Below are positions 51,252 to 63,665 of a stretch of 64,000 nt of DNA, in pieces. Origin of the DNA: Ramazzottius varieornatus. Its lineage: Eukaryota; Animalia; Tardigrada. The stretch spans positions 2,953,972 to 3,017,971 of the forward strand of contig BDGG01000005.1 in NCBI GenBank assembly GCA_001949185.1, read 5' to 3'. The position numbers and the translations under genes were made by a program. How positions within the stretch are numbered: the first letter of the stretch is position 1; each line of letters begins with the position of its first letter. The notes beneath the pieces are model-generated. The model did not search any database. It had not been told where the DNA came from and worked only from the letters and a program-made list of their open reading frames with translations.

Positions 51252-54132
51252 ATGATCATACTTCCGGGTCTGGACGAGCTTTTGGTGAATAAAATCGCTT
51301 TGGTCGACAATATTACACTAGTTTTTGATGAAGTGATTCCCACCGTGAAATTCTCGCTGAGTTTCCGCATTTTCGCCACAACGATCCATGCTTTGCTTCT
51401 AATATGGGGTGTTGTTGGGAATACCTTAGTGACTATTGTGGTACAAAAGGACAAGTCCATACGGACACCGACTTATTACTACCTGGTTCGTACAGTTTGC
51501 CGAAGGTTTCTTTTCTCTCATTAGCTATCTAGTTAGTGACTGTCGTGTTCATGTTTTGCAGGCTTCATTGACGATAGCTGACTTGATTGTGCTGGTATCG
51601 GCACTTCCGGAGACCATCGTCTCGTACCATCTCTACGTTCGTCAATGGATATTCGGGTCGTTCGGATGTTCCGCCTGGGTCTTTTTGAATTTTCTGGGGA
51701 TCAACGTCAGTAGCACAAGGTAGAAGGGATCCATGATTACTTTCCTGGGGCTATGTCAGTTCATTTCAAAATACATTACGCGTCTTGAAGTTATTCTGGC
51801 TCCCACCGTATGTTGCCGGGTGTGCGTATAAAGCAACCACATGTCCACATCGCTAGGGTTCTGTGGGGTTATTTTTGATGTGATTGTTATATCCCTGACG
51901 ATATCAATCAGGCACCGTAAGGTGACATTGGCATCTGGAGAAAACCGCTCATCACGCCTCTTTCCTAAGAAACGTTTCCGCAGGCCGCACAGACTTGGGG
52001 TGAGGCTCTTAGCAAAACACAGGCGCAAACACATTAATTTTGATCCCCAAGTGTCCAAAACTAGCATAGCTGTGACGTTTCACTGAAGCCCAAGGTCAGT
52101 GAGATAACGTACAATTGTACGGACCAAGTCATCGACGGTAATGCGGGTATCTACAGTAAATATTACGACCTATAGACTAAAAGTATTCGTGACTATTGTC
52201 ATCCGTCTAACACACTTCGTCCGCTGTGATTAAACTGATCAGTCAAAACAAAAACTCATACGAGCGTGTTGACAAAAAGGTATAACCAATCAATATCCGA
52301 CACGCCGGTAACAGATGAGTTGATGGAAACGATTACACCAGTTAATGAAACACTGACTCGTAAAACTCACAGGGATAGTAACGTGTTAAAACTATCACTA
52401 GCTCCCAGGCATTTTACGTCTCGTATTAATAACTTGCAGTACACGAACAACGGGATATTATGGGCCAGTAAAAATTACGGGCCAGGCGGAAAAGACGGCA
52501 AATTTACAATTTGTATGGAAGTCAGAAACAGAAATCGCACAAATGACGTAACGTAGAGAAATTCAACCGTAGACAATTGTTATGGACAGTGGCCATCAGC
52601 TGATCGGCTGTTTTACTCTAACGCTTCAACGGTGCTGTCGACTTCCTCCCGGAGAAGCCTTGGACCATCTTAAACTGTTGAAGGTGTGCGTGTTCCGGTA
52701 AAATGGAGATCTAACTGCTATAGCAGAATAATATGATAAGCTTTAGCTCTACGGCCCAATATCCAGCACGTAAGTACAGCAGTGGAGCCTTCGATGCTGG
52801 TTTTTACTTGTAGCAAGAATCACCTGCCCGTGCCGCCGTAGCGAAAGGGCCTGGTCCGTAATTTTACTGGCCCACAATATCCCGTCGTTCGTGTAAGGAA
52901 TCTGGGAGAAGCCTGGGAGCTGCCTGACGGAAACCCAGTCCATACCGTCCTAAATTTCGAGGTTTCCGAATCATTTCGGCCGTCATACACATGCGGTCAA
53001 CGCTGATCGATTTTTTGGTCGCTAAACTGTTATGTCTGCTGGTCCAGAGTTCAATCACGCCGTGCGCGTGTGATGAGTGTAGGACAGTAGACACAACCCT
53101 CACTCAAAATTTAAATCCGGGTGGACAGTGTTGACTGCATTGTACTGTAGTACGGCGGACAGCAACTTGGAGCCAAACGCATGAAATGACACGTCTTTTT
53201 ATTCTCAGCATACTGTGTTTCACCGTGGAGAGGTACATCGGTTTGTGCAAGCCGTTATTGGCGCAGAAACTGTGCACGCCAAAGCGGGCCTGCTACGTCA
53301 TCGCCGTTTCCTGGTTTATGGGAGTAATCTACGCCAGCCCCTGGCTGTTTCTCACAGGCCTGAATCCGCACCTCGATTATCCAGAAATGCAGACATGCGA
53401 CTACAGTCTCGAGCGCAAACGATACGCTAATGTCTTCATCGCAGACCTGGTCTTGTTCTACGTATTTCCGCTCGCCGTCTCCGTCACACTGTACGTCAAG
53501 ATTGGGCTCACCGTCGGGCTGAGCCACAAGATGTTACTTGCGCGATCCATTCTTCGCCAAGAAAGCCATACTCAAACTGGGCGGATTGAAGAGAGGCTGA
53601 CACCGGAGAGAAATCTGGCTGGGCGAATAGCAGACAGGCTAACGCCGGAAACTGAAAGTCTTCGCAGTCGGCTGGAGTCTGTGTCCAGAAAGGATTCCGC
53701 CATAGTCGAGAAAGAATCTGTAAGTCCGGCAGACGAAATGTGGCTCCAAGCCAACTGCGAAAGATGTCACTGATTTGCAGGCGAGGCCGTATCTGCTTGC
53801 CTCTAAGCGGTTTCACGCACTGTTTCGCTCTCCCGCAGGTTACCCCAGCTACGGATTGATCATTAACCCCTCTTGGTTTGCAGGTGACAGGGATGCTATT
53901 CGTAATCGTTATTTTGTTCGCGGTTCTGCTCTTGCCATACAGAGTTCTCCTGGTGTACAACTCCGTCGCGGAATACCCCTATCTCAACAACTGGTATTTG
54001 CTCTTCGCCAAGACATTCATATTTATCAACTCGTCAATCAACCCTTTCTTGTTCAATGTCATGAGCAAAAAGTTCCGCAAAGCATTCATGAAAGTCATCT
54101 TTCGCATTCCGAGAGAAGGAACTAAAGTATGA
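51252..54132 (+). CDS. TRHR: Thyrotropin-releasing-hormone-receptor-like GPCR; exons 51252-51485, 51562-51719, 53209-53719, 53884-54132 (start codon uncertain)
   Basis: GVVGN, [89 protein letters not shown] resemble TRHR; frame open across all junctions. Confidence 0.85.
52442..52893 (+). mobile_element. 452-bp deletion derivative of the pogo-like element at 25703-26582, in GPCR intron 2
   Basis: TA-flanked TIRs; both arms colinear with the left and right parts of the 880-bp copy, HTH-coding middle missing. Confidence 0.85.
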
Positions 54133-54280
54133 GTGTTTCTGTCTCGATGCGTCGAGCACCACCATCCCAACAACGATGGTCGCGAGTTGGTAGACCCACA
54201 CGGCTATGAGTTTCCTGCTCGAGTGCGTTCAGCCGGGATGTTTTTGGATGTCGGTGAGCGGGGTCATGTGGACGGAGATA

Positions 54281-54477
54281 CATGTACGTCGAAAAATTAT
54301 GGGACAGTAAAAATTACAGGACAGGCGGAAAGGACGGCAAAATAGAATATCAAGCGTAGAGAAGCGTCGAGAAGTATGCTAGAGTAAATCAACCATGTCT
54401 GAACGTGCTTCCGTACCGCCATAGCGAAAAGGCCTGTCCTGTAATTTCCACTGTCCCCTAATTTCTCGTCGTACGTG
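54281..54477. mobile_element. ~200-bp MITE, pogo-like family (opposite orientation to the copy at 1074)
   Basis: TA-flanked TIRs and shared subterminal GGCGGAAAGGACGGC / GCGAAAAGGCC blocks. Confidence 0.8.
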
Positions 54478-55049
54478 TATAGTACGTACCGTTCGCTTTT
54501 TTAATCTGAGATCCCCATCATTCTGGCTCTCCTTTCCCTGGAAACAAGTAGCGTCCATTTTGATTCACTCATCCATTTTTTACTGAATCAGTTATGTTTG
54601 TGTGTGCATGGCACATGTTGGCTTCTGATTTGAACAATCGATTGAAGCAACTCGTTGTCCAGGATGGATTTCTCAACTGAAACGTAATAATTATTATTAG
54701 GCACCTTGTATTCGTTTACTGTCACCTTTACGAAGCGACTGACATCAGACAGGCTCAGTGAGAGAAAAAGGATTGTCAAAGATATACATAGGTACATAGG
54801 TACATAGGAGTACTGGCCAGCGACGTAATTTTCACACGGTTCAACCCGGCCTTCAATAGCTTTGATGTAATGGTGCGTGCCAGTTTCCCTTCCACAACAT
54901 GGAGCTACTTGGGTAGCTTATGTCAGCCTTCTGTTTGGTCCGACTTAGGGTACTCGATCTTACGAAGTTATTTCCAAATCTCTGGTGGCGGGTTCGGGCA
55001 GAACCTTTTTCTGGCCAGATGGAAATGGTTTACCGTTGAACGGATACTC

Positions 55050-56883
55050 TTTCAAAAATGCCTTCAACACGATCTATAGAGACAAACTGTTGGATCAAGT
55101 CCGTGAAGTCCTCCCAAACTATTACTCTTTCTTCTGGCAATGCTATAGGTTTCCTTCCAAGCTCATCTACGGACAGCACATTCTGGCTTCAGCAAGAAGA
55201 GTTCAGCTAGGGGATCTGTTGGGTCCTATGCTCTTCTGTCTGGCCATCGAAGCTCTCACCAAGAAGCTCACTTCTCCTTTCAACCTATGGTACTGGGACG
55301 ATGGAACCATCGGTGGGGACTGCAGCAAGGTACTCGCGGACCTCTGCACGGTGATTTCCGAAGGGATGCGCATCGGTCTCGAGCTGAACCCGTCGAAGTG
55401 TGAGCTCTTCCTACAGGGTGGCACATCAGGAGAAAGAGAAAGGATACGGAGGGCATTCAGCTTGGTGTGTCCTGGGATCATCTTCCCGTCTCGCGCGGAA
55501 CTCACCCTCCTCGAAGCTCCGCTACTACAAGAAGTCCTGGAGCCTGCCATTGAAGAGAAGAGAGGTAAGTTGTCTGTACTGTCATCAAGACTAGATCTTC
55601 TTTTCTCTTACCAGGCGCTGTTTTTGCTGGAAAAACTGCCTGGAGCTCCCCAAGCTGCTCTACGTCCTTCGCTGCTCGCCCACCTGGAAGGTTCCTGCAG
55701 CATTGCAAGCCTTTGACGATTTCCTCCGTCGCAGCGTAGCAGAGATCTCGAACAACAGTATGGATGGCTCCACATGGCTTCAAGCTTCCTTGCCCGTTAG
55801 GGCATCAGACGCGCAGAGAGGATCGCGCTCCCAGCCTTTATGGCTTCCATCCACTCTGTGCAGGCGCTGGTGCTCTCCATCTACCCGGAAAACGACCTGG
55901 ACAGCGTCGTCAACGGCGGACTGGACCACTGGCCACTTCTGACTTCGGCTGAATTGCCAGTTCCCGCTCTTCGCCGACAGCAGCGTGTCCGGGACCTGCC
56001 TATGGTGACGGAAGAATTCGGAAGTCCGATCGACCAAAGCGATATGACAAGCAGGGCTAGACTGATGGCTGTTTCGACAAAGACCTTCGGAACCTGGCTG
56101 CGCGCTCTGCCGGCTTCTTCACTTGGGAATCTCCTCGACGACAACACACTGCGGATCAGCGTTGGGCTGCGGCTAGGATCGAGATTATGTCAGCCAACAT
56201 GTGCCGCTGTGGAGAAGTAGTCGACGAGTATGGGCTCCACGGTCTGAGCTGTCTAAAGAGCGCGGGACGCCACAGTAGGCACGCTAGTTTGAACGAGTCG
56301 GTGCGAAGAGCCCTCGTTTCAGCACAAGTTCCGAAGGTTCTAGAACCACTAGGATGTTCGCGGGACGATGGACTGAGACCTGATGGAAAGACCATGATAC
56401 CTTGGAAGAATGAGAAGGAATTAGTTTGAGATGTGACTATGGTAGATACATTGGCGAAGTCCTACGTCGGAAAGACAAGAGAGAAGGTGGGAGCTGCCGC
56501 CGAAGACGCGGAAGAGAGAAAGATCCAGAAATACCAAGGCATCGCTTCACAGTACCTTTTCGTTCCTTTGGGACTCGAGACCTTCGGATCTTGGGGATCT
56601 GCAGCGACGGAATTGATCAATGCGATCGGGAAGAAGCTTGTTGAGTTTTCTTTTGAGACTAGATCTCTTCAATGTTTCAAACAGCGCTTGCCTCTTGCCA
56701 TACAGCGAGGTAATGCTTTTTGGGTTATGGGTACTGCGAAAGAGACTAAAGGACTCGAAGAAACATTTTACGTTCTGAATCTTAGGAAGGGAAGACCCGT
56801 GTCCACGTAACTTGTTGATTTTGATTTAGTGTTCGGTTTCATTGTGGTCTTCTTTTGAAGAAAAAGTTACTTGTTTGAATAAA
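55050..56883 (+). mobile_element. CRE-like non-LTR retrotransposon, 5'-truncated degenerate copy 2
   Basis: Near-identical to 19420-20822; keeps the endonuclease RDDGLRPDG..DVT..AAEDAEERKIQKY segment deleted from copy 1. Confidence 0.88.
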
Positions 56884-57255
56884 GCAATCCTTAGCAGGTG
56901 AGACGGTTCTCCACGTAGCTCCTGGACTTTTCCGCTGGCCTTTACGTAGAACTTGCACGTCGCGACGCGATGATTCGTTTTCTTGTACTTCCCCTCGCCG
57001 CGGTCGAATTGTTCTCAAACTTTCAGCCTGCTGGCATCATTCTCCTCTGCAGTCCGGGTTGTGGGAGTGGTATTTCGTCGTCCAAAGAGTCCATAGCACT
57101 ATAATATTGCTGTGGAATGAACTTAGAAGGCTGGAAAAATACTCTCTAGTAAGGTATACTCTGACTGACGAAGTAAGCTGATGAAGATTTGATACACTTC
57201 CTGTTTCTGCTAATCGAAATTCGGAAGACTACATCCACCTCTCTGCCCCAGGTAC

Positions 57256-59412
57256 GGAATCCTGGAAGACACTACAGGAACAGGAAGTGACGTCGAAACC
57301 TGGGCGTTACATGATTTATTCAATCAAGCGGTTAGATGTCATCGTTGTAGATTCGTTATTGATTGACAAGTTTGCGCTATGCTTTGGAATACGAGCTAAT
57401 CACTTGTGCTCAGAAGTTTTCTTTCCTCTATTCTGCTGCTCCCGATAGCGCCATGGAATCCGTTAATCCCCTCAATCTTAAACCTACTGCTGTCGGACAA
57501 CATTTCCAACTGAGCGACTCTCCGAGCGAATCTGACAAGATGTTGAAGACACTCATCAAAGGTACGAGTACTGTAAACTTCCACGATTATGTCGATTTCC
57601 TAAAGCATATCTTAGGGTTGGTCTTGTGCTTACAGACTTCTTGGACGTCCAGATCGACCAAGCTGGAAGTCCGATATCGGCCACTGAAGAAGATCATCAG
57701 TATGAGCTCCCGATTGGCGTGTCGACGTTCGATCAGCTAGAAAAGTCTATCGCTGAAACCAACCTGTTCCATGGACATAGCGAAGCACACTTCGAATCCA
57801 CTCCGAATGATCGCCTTACCGAACCTGCTTCAAGTGGAACAGAACCTTCTTCCCATGAACTGTTTGTACTTCGAATCCCGATTCCGAATGTGGCACCAAA
57901 CCAGGCTGCTGATTTGCCTACAAAAAACTTGCTGTTGGTTACCGGACCAATGTCTCTTCCAAGAAGCGTCGTAGCCTGGCCAGTGTACAGGACAAGTTTA
58001 GGAAAGTCACCAGTAATCGCCAGCTGAGAGAATGGAGAAATCACGTTGGAGATCGAGGCTCGCGGATCGATAAGCTGAAAGCGATACGGCTGGAGACAGG
58101 AGAGAAGTTCTTCCTTGCCGAGCAAAAGCCTAACGTAGTGAAAGATTTGGATATTCAGCAGTGGGCAGTTACAGCCACCCGTGAGATTGGGCTTCCCGGT
58201 TTCACAGCTTCTCATTGGGTTGGAAAGTTCAAAAAGTAAGGATAATGTCGGACATGATGATTTACTCAATAACGTTCTTGACGTTTGTAAAGTTTTTGAC
58301 GTTTGTGGTCTTATCGCTCGTTTGTAGATACTATAACATCTGCGACAGAAAAATCACGAAGTTTGTCACCGAAAAGTACCTGAAAGAAGTACCGGACAGG
58401 AAGAAGAGTGCCGAAGAGTGTGTTGCTGTGGTCAGAGAAAGAGTCCAGGCGTACGAGAAAGACTGTCTGTGGAATGCTGATCAGAGTGGATTCGAGTACG
58501 AGATGAGACCAGGTCGAACTCTGGATTTCGTCGGTGCAAAGCATGTTTTAGCACTCACACAGTCTCAGAACTCGATGACTCACAACTACACGGTTATGAT
58601 GTGCGTTTCACCAGGTGTCCGCAAGTTTCTGCCCGTTCTTTTCATCGCGCTGCAAGAACCCAAAGGAATCTTCGGACCACTGGTGAAAAAGTCAATGTTT
58701 AAAACTAGTAACCTGTATGTCACTGCTTCCACGTCTGGCAAGATGACCAAGCAGCTATACATCGAATGGTGCGTGAAGGTTTTCTTCCCGCAGATGAATC
58801 AGCACTGTATATTCCTTGCTGATTCTTGGCCGATGTTTGCTGACCAAGGAGCCGTGGATGAAGTCAAACCGGAGGAATTGGAATACGAAATGATCACTAT
58901 ACCACCTAGAGTCACGGGCCAGATTCAGACACTGGACGTTCTTTGCTTCCGGATGTACAAGGGGTATTTCAGGAAGGTTTCGAACTGGATATTCTTGAAC
59001 AATCAGCCGGTTCAAGTGCACCATCGGGACGTCATATTGAAAATGCATTCCCTGATTTACCAGCAGTTTACTTCCCCCAGATTTGCTAATCTCATTGCTC
59101 AAGCTTGGCATCTGTCAGGGTATGTTGACAGGTCCGTAGAATATGTTAATCCAACGGAATTCTGTTTCCAAGGACTGATTGGTCGTTGTGACTATGATAA
59201 CTGTGAACGTTCCTTGCTTGTGAAATGTGGATGGTGTAAAGCTCCTCTATGCTTCCACCACTTTTACGAAGAATATCATTTCTGTAATATTTACCTTCCT
59301 TGACAATCTGAAGTTGAGTTTCGCATAATACGTGAGGTCGATAAAATCAATAGGTGTGTACCGCCCAGATTTTGACGTCACTTCGGGTTCCTGTAGTGTC
59401 TTCTAGGATTTC
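57256..59412 (+). mobile_element. Tc4/Tc5-like (pogo superfamily) DD37D transposon with Cys/His-rich C-terminus; N-terminal part frameshifted
   Basis: ~55-bp imperfect inverted repeats 57256-57312 / 59356-59412; NADQSG, LADSW-x-QTLD with 37 residues between the last two Asp; C-terminal CDYDNC..CGWC..LCFHHF..HFC. Confidence 0.85.
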
Positions 59413-59597
59413 ATTGCGCAAGCTACGCCTGTTTCAGACGATAGAGCAGACTCTGATCCATCATTCTATCATGTCAGAATATTTCAGAAAAGCGGAGGAC
59501 AAGCATAATCCCCTCGTCAGGATGGCGCGCAGGCCCACTTTTAGTGGACGGTTACTAGTGATGTTCTAGTAAGCCAAAAGTTCATCTGCTTACTATT

Positions 59598-60107
59598 ACT
59601 AGCTAGTGGTTCTGACCACTGGGAAGGCTGAGCAAAGGAGGCAAAAGATTATAGGCCACACATTTCTACTGCGTTACGTTGCACTTGCGAGTAAAAAATT
59701 CCTGTGACCCGGATCAAGCTACGCATTTGTTTTCAGTACAGAGTTTGCGATATGTGAAAGCTCGAAGAATCTGGTCGTCCATTGAAATCCCGACAGACTT
59801 AAAAGGGCCTCGCTTCGCTCGGCCTGACTAAACGTTTGTCCTCCAACCGGCTTTTGATATAGTTTGTACTACTAGCTAGTGGTTCTGACCACTGGAAAGG
59901 CCGAGCAAAGGAGGCAAACCATTGTAGAGCGAGCACTTGTACTCGTGACTCACAGTACGGTTCCCCAGTAAAATTTTTAATCGCCCCGATCAAGTGGCGT
60001 GTCTTTTTTCAGTACTGTGTTTGCGATATCTGAAAGCTCGAAGAATCTGATCGTCCATGGAAATCTCGACGGACTTCGAAGGGCCTCGCTTCGCTCGGTC
60101 TGACTAA
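59598..60107 (-). mobile_element. Two tandem non-autonomous Helitron/Helentron-like units (59598-59832, 59871-60107)
   Basis: Direct repeat of ~235 bp; read on the minus strand each starts with CCGAGCGAAGCGAGG and ends with hairpin AGTGGTCAGAACCACT then CTAG|T. Confidence 0.6.
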
Positions 60108-60447
60108 AAAATTAGGCGCGAAAAGCATCTACTATGTCTACTTTTAATACAGCATAGTGAGTTAAATGTCCATTTAGCATCTAATGTAATTATGCAATAT
60201 TAATTTGTTGGTTCGGAGCACTTAATATAATATACTAAATACAGTAGATGGAAAAAGCTTCTACTATCACTTAATTTAACATAACACCCAGATAATAGGC
60301 CCGAATATCCGAGGCCCGGTTGAACCGGAAGTGTGGATGACGCGGAGCACACGATAAAAAGGTTTCGTTGATCAATCATGCGCCACAGAAAGTAATTTGG
60401 AAAGATGAAAGATAACAGAAGATAACAGAGAACGAGGTATACGTATC

Positions 60448-62180
60448 TTACATATTCTGGAGCTCCGACAAGATGCTTTCGGCGATGGAGTTGTTCGAAT
60501 GCTCTCCTGTATAATTATGCTGGAGGATACCGCTGGCCGCGAGACTGGTGCTCAGATGTGCCGTTTGTAAGGTGTGCAGTTGTTCTTTTGCGACGAGCTC
60601 TTTCACCAGTACACTGATTGATATGGCAAGAGTGAAAGTCTAAAACAACATAACGTACAGTTTCCACTAGCGTCCACAGTAGCAAGTAACCATAAAGTCA
60701 CTCACGCCCACTAAGAAACCCCGTGTGTAATGGAAGAGTCCTCCACCGCTGAAATGGCACTGGTTGTCTCGCAGGTTCGCCATCAGTTCGTTAAGACTTC
60801 CCGCAAGCTCGGCACTCTAACAATTACCACAGCATCAGCGCAGCGTCTGAATTATTCGCCTGCCGCAGCATACCTGGACAACTCCTTTCTGTTTCTGGAT
60901 ATGTTTGGTGACTACCGACAGTTCATGGACAGTGAACAGTAAGGCGGAGCTCTGCAACAACTCTTAATATCGTAAAAATTTAAACGAGTGCATCACGATA
61001 AGGGCGCATTACAAGAATTACGGAAGCACCGGCGACCGGAATGGATCGAAGCCGGCTTCATTTCTTTCATTCAATGGAGGTGGGGGTGGTAATCATGGTA
61101 CCTCATTGCTTACGTAATACCGATATGTGGCCTAAACCGAATATCATCAATTGCCCTTACTCGTTCAGAAACGACGAAAAAGGGTATGGCGAAAATGGTG
61201 CCATACACTGCGAACACTAGTGCCGAAAATGCATACAGGGAGAGTCTCGTTTCTATCCAGCCATCTTTCTGGAAATTATTGATGATAGCTGCTATGTATC
61301 CTAGCAAACTCGCGGAGTCGCAGCAGTATATAATGAACAGGATCCAGGAGAAGAAGTGCTGCAGAGAATGGCAAAATTTCAGCATTTCCATGTAGAGCTT
61401 TTGCCAGGCAAGCACTTTCTCGTTAAGTGCATGCATCGACGTGTAGGTAAAAGTGTCCTGCGTCACTGCATTCAGTTGCTCTTTCATCTGATGATGGAGG
61501 GTCTTGATGGCGGTGGCCAAAAGAGAAGCTGACAAAACGGCCCAGAAGTACACTTGTTGCGACAGGAAGAACGGTATCCCTTCTCCCAGTGTCCATGTGA
61601 TAAAAAGCCATCTCATATTCATTCGTGGATATTTCAAACCGAGGTCTGCGTCGAAGTCAGAACCCATTGCTCTGAAATAATCGTAGCTGGCGTAGAAATC
61701 GAAGCCGAAATGTATCAGGAAGGTCACGAAAAAAGCTGTCCAAGCTACTTTCTGCCATTTAACGACCACATGACGTCGTCGACGAATGTCTGGGAAACAA
61801 ACCGCAAAAAAATGAGCGGATATGACTTGTAAACGCTCACTAGCTTTGTGTGTGGTGTACATGATGATCAGAACCCCAAGTGGTCGAGCAGCAATGAACG
61901 TGTACGGCATAATTTCCAAGGCTTTCAAAATCCAGTTGTCGTTTTTATCTATCACTCCAGAACCCGTTAGAAACAACTGTACCTGAATGTATACTGTTAT
62001 GATCTGGCAGAAAAGCCAAAACAAACCGACCAATTTGAAAGCTGTGCTGATCATTTGCTGGTAACGCCAATGTTTACCAGCAAATCTACAGAACTGATCG
62101 CCAAATGTAAGCGGCAAAAACCCGGCGCATTGTAGCGTCAACCACTGAGGAAGAAATATTGCCGAAATGTCGTCCGCCAT
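60448..62180 (-). CDS. Gustatory-receptor-like 7TM chemoreceptor 2; exons 62180-61161, 60951-60874, 60816-60706, 60639-60448
   Basis: Clear paralogue of 46288-48278 (PQW..GFLP, FFLSQQVY, HFFSWILFIIYCCD, YGTIFAIPF, FSGGGLFHYTRGFL) with identical intron positions. Confidence 0.82.
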
Positions 62181-62850
62181 CACATAACACATAAACTGAA
62201 AGGCTTTGAAGCAGCACAGACGCTCGCACGGGTTGTCACGTTTCTGCTTATCCACGACGAGGACATCTGAAGCAATAAATAGGCGATGTTGGTGGAACCC
62301 GATTATCAGTCGACAATGGTGCCCCACCAGACCGGAGCTAGACACAATGGTCGCTGACAGATCTAAAAGCATTTATCCCGGAAGTTTACACAGCGCGCAA
62401 GTGCTGCTTTCAGGTGGCGATGCACTTCCAGCTATACCAAAGACAGGTTAATGGAGGCGACACCTTCTGAATGACACTGATGCTTCACTGTATGGTTGTT
62501 AACTCAACTTATCGCTCCTAAGACTAGTGGTAATTAGGGAACAAATACAAAAATGACTGGCATATGGAAGCTTATATATCGGCAAACTCCCGTAAGAGCA
62601 TCATACTGTATGAGAAGAGCACTAAAAAAAGAGCTTGCCGGCAAACCGGCATGTACAAACGCATGGTCAAACGAGCAACGTACAAGCCATCAAAGACGTA
62701 ACGATAAAAGTACAACAACGAAGGAAGGTGGAAAGCGCGAACAACAAATAAGCCAGCTTGACTCCCAATTCAAATCCACAGCTCTCCGTGCATATTGTCG
62801 CGGTCCAGACCCAACCAACCACTGACTGGTTTATCAAATCACTTCGGGTA

Positions 62851-63046
62851 CATGCAGGACGAGACATTATGGTGCAGTAAAAATTGTGGTACAGGCGTTC
62901 TCGCTACGGCGGTACGGGAGCACGTACGTACGCGACCGATTCACATCAATCCATTTTTCGACACTTCTCTACGGCTGAATTTCCATTTCGACGTCCTTTC
63001 CGCCTGTCCCATAATTTTACTGTACCATTATTTCTCGTCTTGCGTG
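62851..63046. mobile_element. ~200-bp MITE, pogo-like family
   Basis: Colinear with 1074-1269 along its whole length. Confidence 0.85.
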
Positions 63047-63439
63047 CACAAGACAACGTCTGAGACTTATCTTTGTGTATGACACGGTGCGTAGCACTAG
63101 ACTTCTCCGATGAAAAGTTTAGCTTCTGGGAGGTATGGAAAATGGAAAGCGCGAGGTGTTGTTACAGTTGTTTTTTTCGCAAGATACTTTGTTGTAAAGT
63201 AGTCTACTGTAAAAAGTCAGGCTCAAAAGTAGGGCCCTCATGCAAAAACGCTTCCAGTACACAGAAAAATATTGCTATATGGTGTCATCCGTCAAGATTT
63301 TACAAAGTATCGAACAGGGTAAACAAAGCTACGACGGAAGATGGAAGTCCATTGGCTTGAACAGCGGTCAAAGTATGTATGCCAAGAACATCAACGCCAG
63401 TTATATTAATGCTTAATTTCCATTTACTGTGTTATTCGG

Positions 63440-63665
63440 TAAGATTGTGTTGGGATGCTAGTTCCACCACCTTGCGAGATGTGAAGCTGCTAGAAAATGC
63501 TCGTGCTCTTTCATGATGAGCTCTTTCACCAGTACGCGCTGACTACGATAACGAGGGTATATGCCTGAAAAAACGAATACAGTGCACGCACGAAGAGAAA
63601 ATTAAATATGGTCCAGTAAAAAGTATGGACCGAGCCTTTTTCGCAGAGCGTGGAGCTCTGCAACA
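63440..63665 (-). pseudogene. Decayed 3' remnant of a further gustatory-receptor-like gene, interrupted by a MITE end (63585-63645)
   Basis: GAGCTCTTTCACCAGTAC and GGAGCTCTGCAACAA match exon 4 and the exon-2 acceptor of the gene at 60448-62180; encodes VLVKELIMKE. Confidence 0.6.

Noticed and set aside
62181-62372. N-terminal extension of the 420-aa ORF
   Set aside because: Starts at a non-ATG codon and has no counterpart in the paralogue; homology begins near MADD.
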